Part shown: positions 26,080 through 38,170 of the stretch, one piece after another
How positions within the stretch are numbered: the first letter of the stretch is position 1
How the letters are laid out: each line of letters starts with the position of its first letter
NCBI RefSeq assembly: GCF_963921235.1
Contig: NC_086109.1
Location: forward strand, 14,014,001 to 14,078,000
Direction: 5' to 3'
Source of the DNA: Mobula hypostoma
Taxonomy: Eukaryota
Length of the DNA: 64,000 nucleotides
The notes under the pieces: model-generated
The model's database searches: none
What the model saw: only the letters and a program-made list of their open reading frames with translations
Told to the model about the DNA's origin: nothing
Position numbers and translations under genes: made by a program

Positions 26080-26572
26080 TATAAGACATAGGAGAAAAAT
26101 TAGGCCACTCGGCCTATCAAGCCGGCTCCACCATTCCATCATGGCTGATCCTTTTTCCCTCTCAGCCCCACTTCTCCTGCCTTTACCCTGTAACCTTTGC
26201 CAACTTTACTAATCAAAACCTTTCAACCTTCGCTTTAAGTACATCTAATGACTTGGCCCCTCCGCCATCTGCAGCCACGAATTCCACAGATTCACCACCC
26301 TCTAGTGAAAGAATTTCCTCCTCCTCTCTGCTCAGAAGGGACATTCTTGGATTCTGAAGCTGTGCCTTCTGCTCCTAGATGATCCAACCAGTGGAATATC
26401 TTCTGCACATTGGCTCTACCTGGGCCTTTCAATATTTAATAGGTTTCAGTGAGATCCCACCTCATTCTTCTAAGCTCTAGTGAGTGCAGGCCCACAGGCA
26501 TCAAACACTCCTTATACATTATCCATTTCATTTCCAGGATCATCCTTGTAAACCTCCTCTGGATCCTGTCCA
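26080..26572 (-). mobile_element. CR1 3' fragment
   Basis: Same 3' UTR and gaattccacagattcaccaccctct motif as the other CR1 copies. Confidence 0.75.
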
Positions 26573-26689
26573 ATAGTTTCTTCACCATATAGTGACTTGT
26601 TTCTTTCTACCTCTTACTATGGAGTACAGTCGCAATGGAGGTTCCTTGTGAAATAGTAGCTTTTTCATTGATGTGGCACGTGTGCATTT

Positions 26690-27453
26690 GGCATGGCACC
26701 TAAACTTTGACAAACTTCTATAGATGTTTAGCGGAGAGTATATTGACTGGTTGCATCACAGTCTGGTATGGAAACACCACCGTCTTGAACGGAAAATCCT
26801 ACAAAAAGTAGTTGATACGGCCCAGTCCATCACGGGTAAAGCCCTCCCCACCATTTAGCCCTTCGACAGGGAGCATTGCTACAGGAAAGCAGTATCTGCT
26901 TTCAGGGACACCCACCACCCAGACCATGATTTCTTCTCGCTGCTACCATCAAGAAGGTATAGGAGCCTCAGACCCACACCACCAGTTTTAAGCAACACAC
27001 AAAATGTTGGAGGAACTCAATAGACCAGGCAGCACCTATGGGGAAAAAAATACAGTCGACATTTTGGGCCAAGACTCTTCGGCAGTTTGTGATTTGACCA
27101 CTAGGTTTAGGAACAGCTATTATCCCTCAGCCATCAGGCTCTTGAACCAGTGGGGATAACTTCACTTAACTTCACTCATTCCATCACTGAACTGTTCCCA
27201 CAACCTATAGACTCACTTCAATGGCTCCTCATCTCCTGTTCTTGATATTTATTGCTTACTTATTATTATTTCCTTTTTCTTTTTGTATTTACACAGTCTG
27301 TTGTCTTTTGTACACTGGTTGAATGCCCAAGTTGGTGCAGTTTTTCATTGATTCTGTTATGGATTTATTGAGTACGTCAGCAAGAAAATGAATCTCAGAG
27401 CTATATATGGTGACATATATGTACTTTGATAATAAGGTTACTTTGAACTTTGA
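26690..27453 (+). mobile_element. Rex1/Babar-like LINE 3' end with nested PLE fragments
   Basis: NFYRCLAESILTGCITVWYG..; tail tttgaactttga. Confidence 0.8.
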
Positions 27454-27576
27454 CGGAGGGTCTCGGCCTAAAATGTCGACTGTACCTCTTCCTAGCGATG
27501 CTGCCCGGCCTGCTGCGTTCACCAGCAACTTTGATGTGTGTTGCTTGAAATTCCAGCATCTGCAGATGTCCTCGTG
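27454..27576 (+). mobile_element. PLE terminal-repeat fragment inserted in a LINE tail
   Basis: Flanked by duplicated tttgaactttga (27442-27453, 27577-27588); begins inside a decayed hammerhead. Confidence 0.6.
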
Positions 27577-28824
27577 TTTGAACTTTGAACCCTGTTTTGC
27601 ATCCATCTACCCGGCTCTGTCATTCTGAAGGCAACAAACTTGGGAGCCTTTAGGACATCTCTCCCCCAGCCTTGTGTTATTCTTTTGATTTTCAGGTATG
27701 GGAGGGAGGGGTGTAAAGAAATCAGAAGACTAGGAAAGAACAACCTTCCTCCCTTCTGGCTCCCACAGGGCAGACTCAATGGGCTGAATGGCCTAATTCT
27801 GCTCCTTTGTCTTATGGTCTTATCGTCTATGTGCAGTATGTTCACTTCCCACTGCCTCAGTAAAGCAGCCAACATACAATTAAAAACTGTGCCCACTCTG
27901 GACATTCTCTATTTCCCTCCCTCATCAGGAAGGAGATGCGAAGGCCCAAAAGTGTGTCTAGTTTCTATCCTGCTGTTCCAGGAATCTTGAACAGTCCCTT
28001 GTACAATAGGATGGACTCTTCAACCTCACAATCTACCCCATGGTGGTCTTGCACCTAATTGCCTGCCTGCACTGCACAGTTTCTGTAACCGTAACACTTT
28101 AATCTGCATTCTGTTGTTGTTTCCCCCCGTGTTACCTCAATGCACGGTTGTAATGAAATAATCTGCATGAGTGGCATTCAAAACAAATTTTTTCACTGTG
28201 CCTCTGTGCATGTGACGATAATAATAAACACATTTTCCAATTCTTGTGATATTAGGTTAGGATTATATGTTCCCCAGAACACTGAGAATAACAATGCAAT
28301 TCTAAAAGTAACAGGAAATTTGCAATATCTACCAGGGAAGAGGAGCAGGGCCTCAGTTTAACAATTATGAAAATACATAATTATATTGCAGCACCGCTCA
28401 GAGTGCTAACATTTTATTCTGCATTCTGTTATAGTTTTCCCTTGTACCGCCTCAATGCGATGTTGTAATGAAAGAATTTGTATGGATGGGATGCAAAACA
28501 AAGGTTTCCGTTGTAGCAAAGTCTATATGATAGTGTATCTGAGGCCATCTGTCAGAAGGGATCCCAGTGACCTGAGGTTTGTTGTTGGATTTGCTTTGGT
28601 TCCTTTCCTGTCTGATTTATCAGCAGACACTACCTTGCTGCAGCTACCCCTTTGCAGCAGCTTTCTCTGGACCGTGTTTTTGGCTCCTTTATGTCACTTG
28701 CATAAAGAACAGTGGCTTGAAACGGATTCTGTCTCCATCTCTACAGATGCTGCCTGACCTGTTGAGATCTCCAGCACTTCCGGCTTTTATTTCAGATTTC
28801 CACCATTTGCAGTCTTTTTGCCTT

Positions 28825-29086
28825 GCAACCATAAGACCATTAGACATAGGAGTGGAATTGGTCCATTTGGCCCATTGAGTCTGCTGCTGGATTCTATCAT
28901 GACTGATTTATTTTCTCTCTCAGTCCCATCCTTATGCCTTCTCCCCATAACTTTTGACGTCCTTACTAACTTTTCAACCTCCACTTTAAATGTACACAGT
29001 GACTTGGCCTCCTCAGCCGTCTGTGGCAATGAAGTCCACAGATTTACCACCCTCTGGCTAAAGAAATTTCTCCCATCTCTGTTCTA
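28825..29086 (-). mobile_element. CR1 3' fragment abutting the copia fossil
   Basis: VNLWTSLPQTAEEAKSL and an accataagaccat tail. Confidence 0.8.
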
Positions 29087-29100
29087 AGTAAGGCAGGAAA

Positions 29101-29747
29101 GCTCAACTAAACTGTAGACAAAACACTGGTATCTCATACAAAGCTGAAGTCTTAGGTCGAGCAGGCAAAGCCACTGGGAGAAACAAAAGTTGGTACAACT
29201 TGAATGACCTATAACCAGCCACAATCACTGGCACTGCAGAGTCAGTTGACCTGTCATGTGTAGACAGACTTCACATTGGACCCAGTATAGATCAGGTGGG
29301 ACCATTTGAGATCGTCAAGATTAAGAAGTCCTCGTCTGAATCTGCAAAACAGGATGAAATCAGTGGTTGAAGAAATAATCGGGTGTTTGAGGAAGTCAGA
29401 GACATTGGCCAAAAAACAGTGCCTACAAGGCAGGTGGGCACCCTGAAAGAAACGCTGACAAGAATTACACCAAAACCGAGCCTGGTGGCTATAGGTTTTG
29501 AGGAACTGAACATAAAAGAACTCCAAAAAGATTCACCAACATGTGCATCATAATCCCTCGGATTACTTCTCACAGACAAACGCCAGAAGCATTGGCAACC
29601 CCATTCCATGGACACATAATCCGCATTCCTACAGAGAATGGAGCTGTCACGTGACATTTTCATTCCACCTTCGCCTGAAGTGAAGGAATGCAGTGGAAAC
29701 TCAGAAGATGTGTGTATGGTCTAGCAGATGCTTCACTGTACTGGTAT
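29101..29747 (+). mobile_element. Degenerate Ty1/copia (GalEa-like) pol fragment: linker and N-terminal half of reverse transcriptase
   Basis: The frame from 29101 reads ..AEVLGRAGKATGRNKSWYNL..ESAKQDEISG*RNNRVFEEVRDIGQK..PKPSLVAIGFEE..KDSPTC..WQPHSMDT*SAFLQ..LSRDIFIPP, then frameshifts to WKLRRCVYGLADASLYWY. These match the copia RT motifs KARLVARGF, D-x-K-x-AFL and L-x-K-x-x-YGL. Four in-frame stops. Confidence 0.85.
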
Positions 29748-30427
29748 TGTGGGTATAAAGATAGTGGCCCTCATGCATTGATAGTAAAGTTGTTTAAACA
29801 AACGGAAACCATGTCTTTGTTGTTTGAGCTGCAGGTGCTCAAACTCCAAACTGTGCCTACGATGTATCAGAGCCATATCATATCTCCCGTTCTTTTCTTA
29901 AAGCACCAAAAATACTATAAAAATCTGAGAGAATACTTCAATCTTGCCTGTGAAGTGCCCCTCCCCCACCACCCAACCCTTAATATAATATTTATTTTAA
30001 GCAATGGTTCAATACTTAATATTGTTGGACCTAGAGTTTGTCTCAAAGCCACGGACAAGGACAAGAGGAACTAAATAGGCTCCACAAGCCTGTTCTGCTG
30101 TTCAGTCTATGCCCACTATTTCCCCACATCCTTTGTTCCTTCCCGTTGGCTATCATGCTCTCACTAAAATTAACAACTAAACAGTATTCATTGCCACTTG
30201 TGGTATAGAGTCCTTCCGTCCTTTCTGCAAAGTAGGGATTCCCAAAAGATGTCCTCCATGTGCAGTGGGATATCTTGTGATGTCTGAAATGATTTGGTTG
30301 CATTCTCACTTTCAAGATAACAGACAGCAAGGTAGGTTCCCCTTCCAGAGTATTGACAGCCCAACTTTGGCTGAGACTCTTAATTTTACATTTGTGATGA
30401 TGATGTAGAATATTTTTTAGATTTTGA

Positions 30428-31066
30428 GGACACTCAGTCCTCATTTATTGTCATTTAGTAATGCATGCATTAAGAAATGATACAATGTTCCTCCAGTATG
30501 ATATCACAGAAACACAAGACAGACCAAGACTAAAACTGACAAAACCACATAATTATAACATCTAGTTACAACAGTGCAAAGCAATACCGTAATTTGATAA
30601 AGAGCAGACCATGGGCATGGTAAAAAAAAAATGTCTCAAAGTCTCTCAAAAGCCCCATCATCTCATGCAGACGGTAGAAGAAAGAAAAACTCTCCCTGCC
30701 ATGAACCTCCAGCACCGCAAACTTGCCGATGCAGCACCCTGGAAGCACCCGACCACAGCCGGCTCTGAATCCATCCGAAAACTTCATCCCTCCGACCAGC
30801 CCTCTGACACCGAGCACCATCTCTGCCGAGTACTTCGACCCCGGCTGCCAAGCAACAGGCAAAGCCGAGGATTCGGGGCCTTCCCCTCCAGAGATTCTGA
30901 ATCGCACAGTGGCAATGGCAGCGAAACAGGCATTTCAGAAGTTTCTCCAGATGTTCCTCTGTGCTTCTCAAGTCCGTCTCCATCAAATCAGGATTGTGCA
31001 CAGCATCCTACTTGACAGATTACAGATATTCATTCTGGAGTGGCTGCTGGGCGCTGCGTCACCATA
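30428..31066 (-). mobile_element. Young non-autonomous retroelement of unclear family
   Basis: AT-rich LINE-like tail (tttattgtcattt) fused to a CpG-rich body; no recognisable protein. Confidence 0.4.
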
Positions 31067-31119
31067 TCAGAACTGCAACAGCCTGTCTTGGTCTTAAAAT
31101 GCACTGGCTCTTGGTTTAC

Positions 31120-31476
31120 CCTGATTGAAACCTGTTGAGTGGTGAACAGCCTTGACAGAGTGGATGTGGAGAGGATGTTTCCAATGGTGGGAGAGTCTAA
31201 GACCAGAGGACACGGCCTCAGAATGGAGGGGCCTCCTTTTGGAATGGAGATGAGAAGGAATTTCATTACCACAGGCAGCTGCGGAGGCCAAGTCCTTATG
31301 TATATTTAAGGCACAGCTTGATAGATTCTTGATTGGTCAGGGCATGAAGGGATATGGGGAGGAGGTAGGAGATTGGGGCTGAAAGGAAAATTGGCTCAGC
31401 CATGATGAAATTGCGGAGCAGACTCAATGGGCCAAATGGCCTAATTCTGCTCCTATGTCTTATGGTCTTATGGTCT
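31120..31476 (+). mobile_element. CR1 3' fragment
   Basis: GESKTRGHGL; tail tatgtcttatggtcttatggtct. Confidence 0.8.
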
Positions 31477-31566
31477 TGGCTTTTACCTTGCATACAGGAT
31501 CATGGCATGAAATAAACCTGTTGAATTTCGAAAAGCCATCATCATCATATGTGCCATGTCGTATTA

Positions 31567-32947
31567 ATAGAAACCATAGAAACCATAGAAACTACAGCAC
31601 AGAAACAGGCCCTCTGGCCCTTCTTGGCTGTGCCGAACCATTTTCTGCCTAGTCCCACTGACCTGCACACGGACCATATCCCTCCATACACCTCCCATCC
31701 ATGTATCTGTCCAATTTATTCTTAAATGTTAAAAAAAGAACCCGCATTTACCACCTCGTCTGGCAGCTCATTCCATACTCCCACCACTCTCTGTGTGAAG
31801 AAGCCCCCCCTAATGTTCCCTTTAAACTTTTCCCCCCTCACCCTTAACCCATGTCCTCTGATTTTTTTCTCCCCTTGCCTCAGTGGAAAAAGCCTGCTTG
31901 CATTCACTCTATCTATACCCATCATAATTTTATATACCTCTATCAAATCTCCCCTCATTCTTCTACGCTCCGGGGAATAAAGTCCTAACCTATTCAACCT
32001 TTCTCTGTAACTGAGTTTCTCAAGTCCTGGCAACATCCTTGTAAACCTTCTCTGCACTCTTTCAATCTTATTTATATCCTTCCTGTAATTTGGTGACCAA
32101 AACTGAACACAATACTCCAGACTCCTCACCAATGCCTTATACAACCTCATCATAACATTCCAGCAATTAAAAAGCCAAAGTACCAAAAGCTCTCTTTACG
32201 ACCCTATCTACCTATGACGACACTTTTAGGGAATTTTGTATCTGTATTCCCAGATTCCTCTGTTCCACTGCACTCCTCAGTGCCTTATCATTAACCCTGT
32301 ATGTTCTACGTTGGTTTGTCCTTCCAACGTGCAATACCTCACACTTGTCAGTATTAAACTCCATCTGCCATTTTTCAGCCCATTTTTCCAGCTGGTCCAA
32401 GTCCCTCTGCAGGCTCTGAAAACCTTCCTCACTGTCTACTACACCTCCAATCTTTGTATCATCAGCAAACTTGCTGATCCAATTTACCACATTATCATCC
32501 AGATCATTGATATAGATGACAAATAACAATGGACCCAGCACTGATCCCTGTGGCACACCACTAGTCACAGGCCTCCACTCAGAGAAGCAATTCTCTACCA
32601 CCACTCTCTGGCTTCTTCGATCGAGCCAATGTCTAATCCAATTTACCACCTCTCCATGTATACCTAGCGACTGAATTTTCCTAACTAACCTCCCATGCGG
32701 AACCTTGTCAAAGGCCTTACTGAAGTCCATGTAGACAATATCCACTGCCTTCCCTTCATCCACTTTCCTGGTAACCTCCTCGAAAAACTCCAACAGATTG
32801 GTCAAACATGACCTACCACGCACAAAGCCATGTTGACTCTCCCTAATAAGCTCCTGTCTATCCAAATGTTTGTAGATTCTGTCTCTTAGTACTCCCTCCA
32901 ATAACTTACCTACTACTGACGTTAAACTCACCGGCCTATAATTTCCC
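31567..32947 (-). mobile_element. Young 5'-truncated CR1 LINE (RT domain)
   Basis: ORF 32212-32982 contains NYRPVSLTSVVGK, QHGF, DFSKAFDKV, GVPQGSVLGP and FADD. C-terminal ORF 31722-32186. The 3' tail is a (TTTCTATGG)n repeat. Confidence 0.95.
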
Positions 32948-33305
32948 GTGGGCATAATGTGGGCATCCATGGTCTTATTCATGACCCTTCTACAGAAGCG
33001 GTTTGCTGTTGCCCTCTCCTGAGCAGTGTCTTCACAAGATGACTGACCCAGGCCATTATCAATACTCTTCAGAGATTGCCTGCCTGTCGTCAGTGTTCAT
33101 ATAACCAAGACTTGTGATGTGCACCAGCTGCTCCTATGTCCATCCATCACCAGCTCCCAGGGCTTCACATGACCCTGGTTGGGTCGGGGGGGGGGCACGG
33201 GGCTAAGCAGCTGCAACACATTGCCCAAGGGTGACCTGCAGGCTAGCGGAGGGAAGAAGTGCCTTACACCTCTGTTGATAGAGACATATGTCCACCCCGC
33301 CACCC
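32948..33305 (-). mobile_element. RTE-related non-autonomous element interrupted by the CR1 (its 3' tip is at 31537-31566)
   Basis: Minus-strand RTE/BovB-like motif gagagggcaacagcaaaccgcttctgtag. The (CAT)n tail lies on the far side of the CR1. A second fragment of the same family is at 42578-42688 (+). Confidence 0.5.
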
Positions 33306-34008
33306 AACAGTAATGCCCAATGTGTACTTGTTGAGAGTTAAGTACATTAGCTTACTCTGGATGAGTTAATGCTATGTAAACAAGATTGAATGCAATATAT
33401 ATGCAAAGTTTGTATATATACTCATATTCGCTTCAGGTATATTTGGGGTTAAGATTTTCTCTGTTTCTGCAGATGTACAGAGTACTGCAAGACCAGTTAA
33501 GTTGTTAAATTGACTGCAACACCAAAGGGTTAATGTGCTTTTATTCCTTTTCCTATTTTCTGATTAATTCTTCTGGGATTGAATGGGTATGAACTGTGCA
33601 GTTAAACCATGTCGTACAGAACTATACATTTTTCTCACTTCTACCATTAGCCAGGATCAAGAACCCTCTCTCTTCCTTGCTCTCTTGGCTGCCAAAATAA
33701 TTGGTGGTTCATTACAACAAAGAGGGTTTTGTTAAGAAATTTTTTATAAAATAATCTCAGCCAATTCAATTTGCGCACCAACTCCAAATCTGAGCCCTTT
33801 CCATCCCTGTAGGTACAAATGTTTGAACTATTTACCTAAAATTCACCTCCTTTTTTAAATGTCGTGCAGAGTTCCTGCACTTGCATATAACTTCAAAATG
33901 ATTTGGTCCATTTGGAGAGTAGACAATTAAGTTATTTTAAAATATGTATTTTCTTTGAGCTGCTGACATTCGACGTATTCAAGATTGTTTTTAGCTTGCT
34001 AGTATTTA

Positions 34009-35463
34009 AAGTGCCTTGTAAAAGTATTCACAGTGCCTTGTAATTCAACCCCACCCCCCCGTTCACATAAATGAGATTTTGATCAATTTAACTGTGAATT
34101 TTTTGTGTGAATTTCACAGAAGAGCCTTAAAAACAGGGGAAATTATGAAGCATGAAAAAACTTTAAAAAACTTAAACTGAAATGTCAGCAGTTCCAAAGT
34201 ATCCATTCCCCTTTGCTCAGTTCTCAGTTGAACCACCTCTTGCAGCCATTACAGCCAATAGTCTTTTTGGATGAGTCTCTATTAGCTTTGCAGAATGTGA
34301 TGGAGCAAGATTTGCCAATTCCTCCTTGTAGGTTTGCTAGAGCTGTGCCAGGTTAGTTGAGGAGCGGCAGTGGATGGCAATCTTGAGGTCTTGCCAGAGG
34401 ACTCTGCCTGGGCTACTCAAGGGCATCATTTTTCTTAATTTGAAGCCACTCCACGGTTGCTCTGGCAGTATGTTTTGGGTCGTTGGTGAACTTCTTCCAC
34501 AGTTTAAGGTTTCTGGCAGAGGCTAACAGGTTTTTATCCAGGATCTCTCTGTATTTAGCAGCACCCGTCTTCATATCAATCCTGGCCAGATTTTCAGTTC
34601 CTGCTACTGAAAAGCATCCCCATAGCTTGATGCTACCTCCATCATACTTTACAATAGGGATGCTGTTACCTGGCTGATGTGCTGTATTAGATAAGCTTTG
34701 TTTTCAGCCAGGGCCTCTTCCTTGCCAGTCTTCCACAAATACCTATTTCCTACAAGGCCTTAGAGACTGTGGCGCAGTGAACTTCATCTCCTGTTGCCGC
34801 CACTGACTTCTGCAGCTCATTCAGAGTGACTTGGCATCACAGTAACCTCTCTTCCAAGTGCCGTTTTTCCCCAGCAATTAAGTTTAGAAGGGCACCCTGA
34901 CTTAGGTAGTGTGGCCATGGTTTCATATTTTTTTTCCACTTTTTCATGATGGACTGCACTGAGCTCCAAGGTATGTTCAGTGCTTTTGAGATGGCCTTGT
35001 ACCCTTCCCCAGATTTGTGCTTCCCCATTATCATTTCCCTGACTTGTCATGAATGCTCTTTAGTCTTCATTTTAGTTTGGTGTGTTGAAAATCTGCCATA
35101 CTGTTGGACCTTACGGAGAGGGGGCGGTATTTATTCTTGTCAATTAATTGAAAACAAGTGATCCTCCAATTTTCTACATCAACAAATTGGGTGAGTTGGT
35201 AAGGTAATATGGTGTACTGCACCTGAGGAAAGTTAGCGTAGTAATTACAAAGGGGATGAATTCTTTTTCAGCCTCACAATTTTGGTTTTTGATTTTTAGT
35301 AAATTGTTCACAGATTTTGGAATTTTTCTTTTGATTGGACATGATACCCTAATAATTTGTGGATTGGCTCAAAAAATCCCATTTCAATATATTTTACATG
35401 TAGAATATGAGACAGTAAAATGTGGTAATAGTTGTGGGGGCTGAATACTCTATCAAGGCACTG
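34009..35463 (-). mobile_element. Tc1 DNA transposon (second family), degenerate
   Basis: TIRs (c/a)agtgccttgtaaaagtattca ... tgaatactctatcaaggcactg|TA. Minus-strand transposase N-terminus KHKSGEGYKAISKALNIPWSSVQSIMKKWKK and later VKYDGGSIKLWGCFS. Confidence 0.85.
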
Positions 35464-36244
35464 TACGTTGTGCATGTTGCCAATTATTATCACATCTCTG
35501 GCTTTATCCCAACTCCTCTGCTTGCATTCACAGGAAGTAGAGGTGACTTCTGTAACAAAAATGTACGTCTTTCAGTAAATAAAATACTTCTATGAATAAA
35601 TCATTGTCCCAGAATAGAGGAGGCCATTCTGTCCATTCTGATTGTATTAGCTCTTAATGGCTGATGGGTCCCACTACAAATTCTCCTTAGATTGACTAAT
35701 GTTTCCTGATTTGTTCAGTTACTTTGTGAAAGTTCTGTTTGAAAGTTTGTGTGGTATTAATGGGAAAGTGTGGCATCTCCACCGGGGTTAATTCTGATTG
35801 AGGAAATAGCAAGGTGGGATTAAATGGGTTTTGTGATGCTGCTGAATTCTAATTCAGGATTGATAATACTGACAGATTATTCAAGGTAATATCTCAAAAT
35901 TCAAAGTAAAAATCTATCAGCATGACGCATGTCACAACATACAACCCTGGGTTCTTTTTTCCTGTGGGCATACTTAGCAAATCTACAGAACAGTAATCGT
36001 AAACAGGGTCAATGAACAACAAGCTGTGCAAATGCAAATATTTTAAAAAAGCAATGAAATAACAAGTTAGAAAGCCCTTAAAATCTGGATTGGGATGGGC
36101 AAGTAATCCAGGATGTTAATGTTTTTACAGAAGATATTAAGTTACCCAATGGGCTATTCCAATGGAGGTAAAAGATTGTGACAGTAATCAATGTTTTCCT
36201 AAATGTCCTGGGTAAAATTCAAGGCTGAATCATTATCAAAAGTA

Positions 36245-36410
36245 ACTTGATTGATTATTTATCTCATTTGTGGTTTGAGAGATCTCACTGGGTACAAATG
36301 AGTTGCTATGTTTCCGACAGAACGGGATCAACATTTCAAAAGTAATTAATTGGCCATGAAGTGCTTTGGCGTTCATTGAGAGAATAAAATGTGAATACAA
36401 ATTTGCTCAT
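36245..36410 (+). mobile_element. Ancient Deu-domain SINE remnant; other remnants near 10870-10950 (-), 38500-38580 (-) and 49030-49140 (+)
   Basis: ttgctatgtttccgac..ttcaaaagtaattaattggccatgaagtgctttgg resembles the recalled Deu-SINE 3' region. Confidence 0.45.
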
Positions 36411-36824
36411 GCTCTTTATGAGAGCATCTTACAGTGGCTCCAAGTCATGTTTTTCTCTTCTCACTGGAGGATATGAAGTGATCTTTGCCACTCTCAGTGG
36501 TACCGGTTTAATCAGGTCGAATTTATTTGCCCTGTTGGAGATGCATTCCTGTGGGAGATTTCACCTTGCACAAAGGGTTTGATGTTGATGGTGGAGAATG
36601 GAAGAGTTCAAAATTATTATAAAGATCTGTGAGTAAATAGTTTGTGTATTAACTTAAATTGCACAATACTTAACCAAGATAAAATATTGCCATGCATTAA
36701 CTTAGACTTTGACATGCAGAAAACTTAACACAATACACATATTTGTGTGGAAGTTGCTACCTTAAAGTTGGTGGGATGGTATTACTTTAAAGATCTCATG
36801 TAATATTATCTATGGTTACATGGC

Positions 36825-37340
36825 TGTAAGACCATAAGATGTAGGAGCAGAATTAGACCATTCAGCTCATTGAGTCTGGCCCACTATTTCCTTGTGGCTG
36901 ATTAATTATCCCTCTCAACCCCATTCTTCTGCCTTCTCCCCATAACCGTTGACACCTTTCCTAAATCAACACCTATCAACCTCTGCTTTAAATATACCCC
37001 CTCAGCTTTAAATATGTCCAATGAATTGGCCTCCTCAGCCATCTGTGTCAATGAACTCCACAGATTCACCACTCTTTGGCTAAAAAAAAAAATTCCTCCT
37101 CATCTCTGTTCTAAGTGGACGTCCTCCTATTCTGAGGCCGTGCTCTCCGGATCTAGACTCTCCCACTTTAGGAAACATCCTCTCCACATCCACTCTATCT
37201 TGGACTTTCAATGTTCAATTTGTTTCAATGAGATCCTCCCCTCATTCTTCTAAGCTCCAGCGAGTACAGGCTATCAAATGCTCCTCAAATATTAACTTTT
37301 CATTCCTGGGATTATTTTTTGTGAACCTCCTCCGGACCCA
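36825..37340 (-). mobile_element. CR1 3' fragment
   Basis: Family 3' UTR and RVVNLWSSL motif on the minus strand. Confidence 0.8.
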
Positions 37341-37774
37341 CTGAGCGTTACAAAGGCTGTGAAACAAATAGGGTGTTGATGTGATAGGATCTAGAAAACA
37401 AGACTGTTGCAAAGCAGTGAGGATTGTACTGGGCAGCCTGTAAGTGTTGCCATGCTTCCGGCACCGAAACTGCATGCCGGCAACTCTCAAACCATAACTG
37501 TACATTTTTGGACTGTGGGAGGAAACCGGAGCACCTGGAGGAAATCCACACAGTCACGGGGAGAACATACAATCTCCTTACAGACAGCAGCAGGAGTTGA
37601 ACGCTGATCTTACAGGTGGCACTGTAAACCATTGCGCTAACTGCAGCACTCTGTGACGATTTAGATTTGAATTACCTCATTATTATGTGACCAGATGTCA
37701 TGATTTAACTAATTAGATTATCAACTTTCATTTGCAAGGTTGTAGGCTTTGGCTCAGCAAAAAGAAGTTTCTGT

Positions 37775-38170
37775 GGAGAAAGTTTCTACAGAGAAAGGTT
37801 GAACAAGTTGGGTCTTTATTCTTTGGAGCATGGAAGGTTGAGGGGGGACTTGATCGGCTTTTTCCATTGACAGTAGGGGAAATTCAAACAAAAGGAAATG
37901 AGTTGAGAGTTAAAGGGCAAAAGTTTAGGGGTAACATGAGGGGGGAACTTCTTTACTTAGAGAGTGGTAGCTGTGTGGAACGAGCTTCCAGCAGAAGTGG
38001 TAGAGGCAGGTTCAATGTTGTCATTTAAAGTAAAATTGGATAGCTATATGGAGAGGAAAGGAATGGAGGGTTCTAGGCTGAGTGCAGATCGGTGGGACTA
38101 GGTGAGAGTTTGGCATGGACTAGAAGGGCCGAGATGGCTTGTTTCCATGCTGTAATTGTTATATGGTTAT
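37775..38170 (+). mobile_element. CR1 3' fragment
   Basis: RLFPLTVGEIQTKGNELRVKGQKFRGNMRG. Confidence 0.75.

Noticed and set aside
30566..31097. Several overlapping ORFs of 112-134 aa
   Set aside because: They are open on both strands in the GC-rich body of a repeat, with no protein motif or splice signals.
32212..32982. 256-aa RT ORF as an active or domesticated gene
   Set aside because: A 5'-truncated CR1 with no endonuclease; the ORF's start comes from the flanking element, and the frame breaks near 32212.
33450..33480. Strong splice acceptor ttttctctgtttctgcag
   Set aside because: No matching donor or open frame that I can justify.
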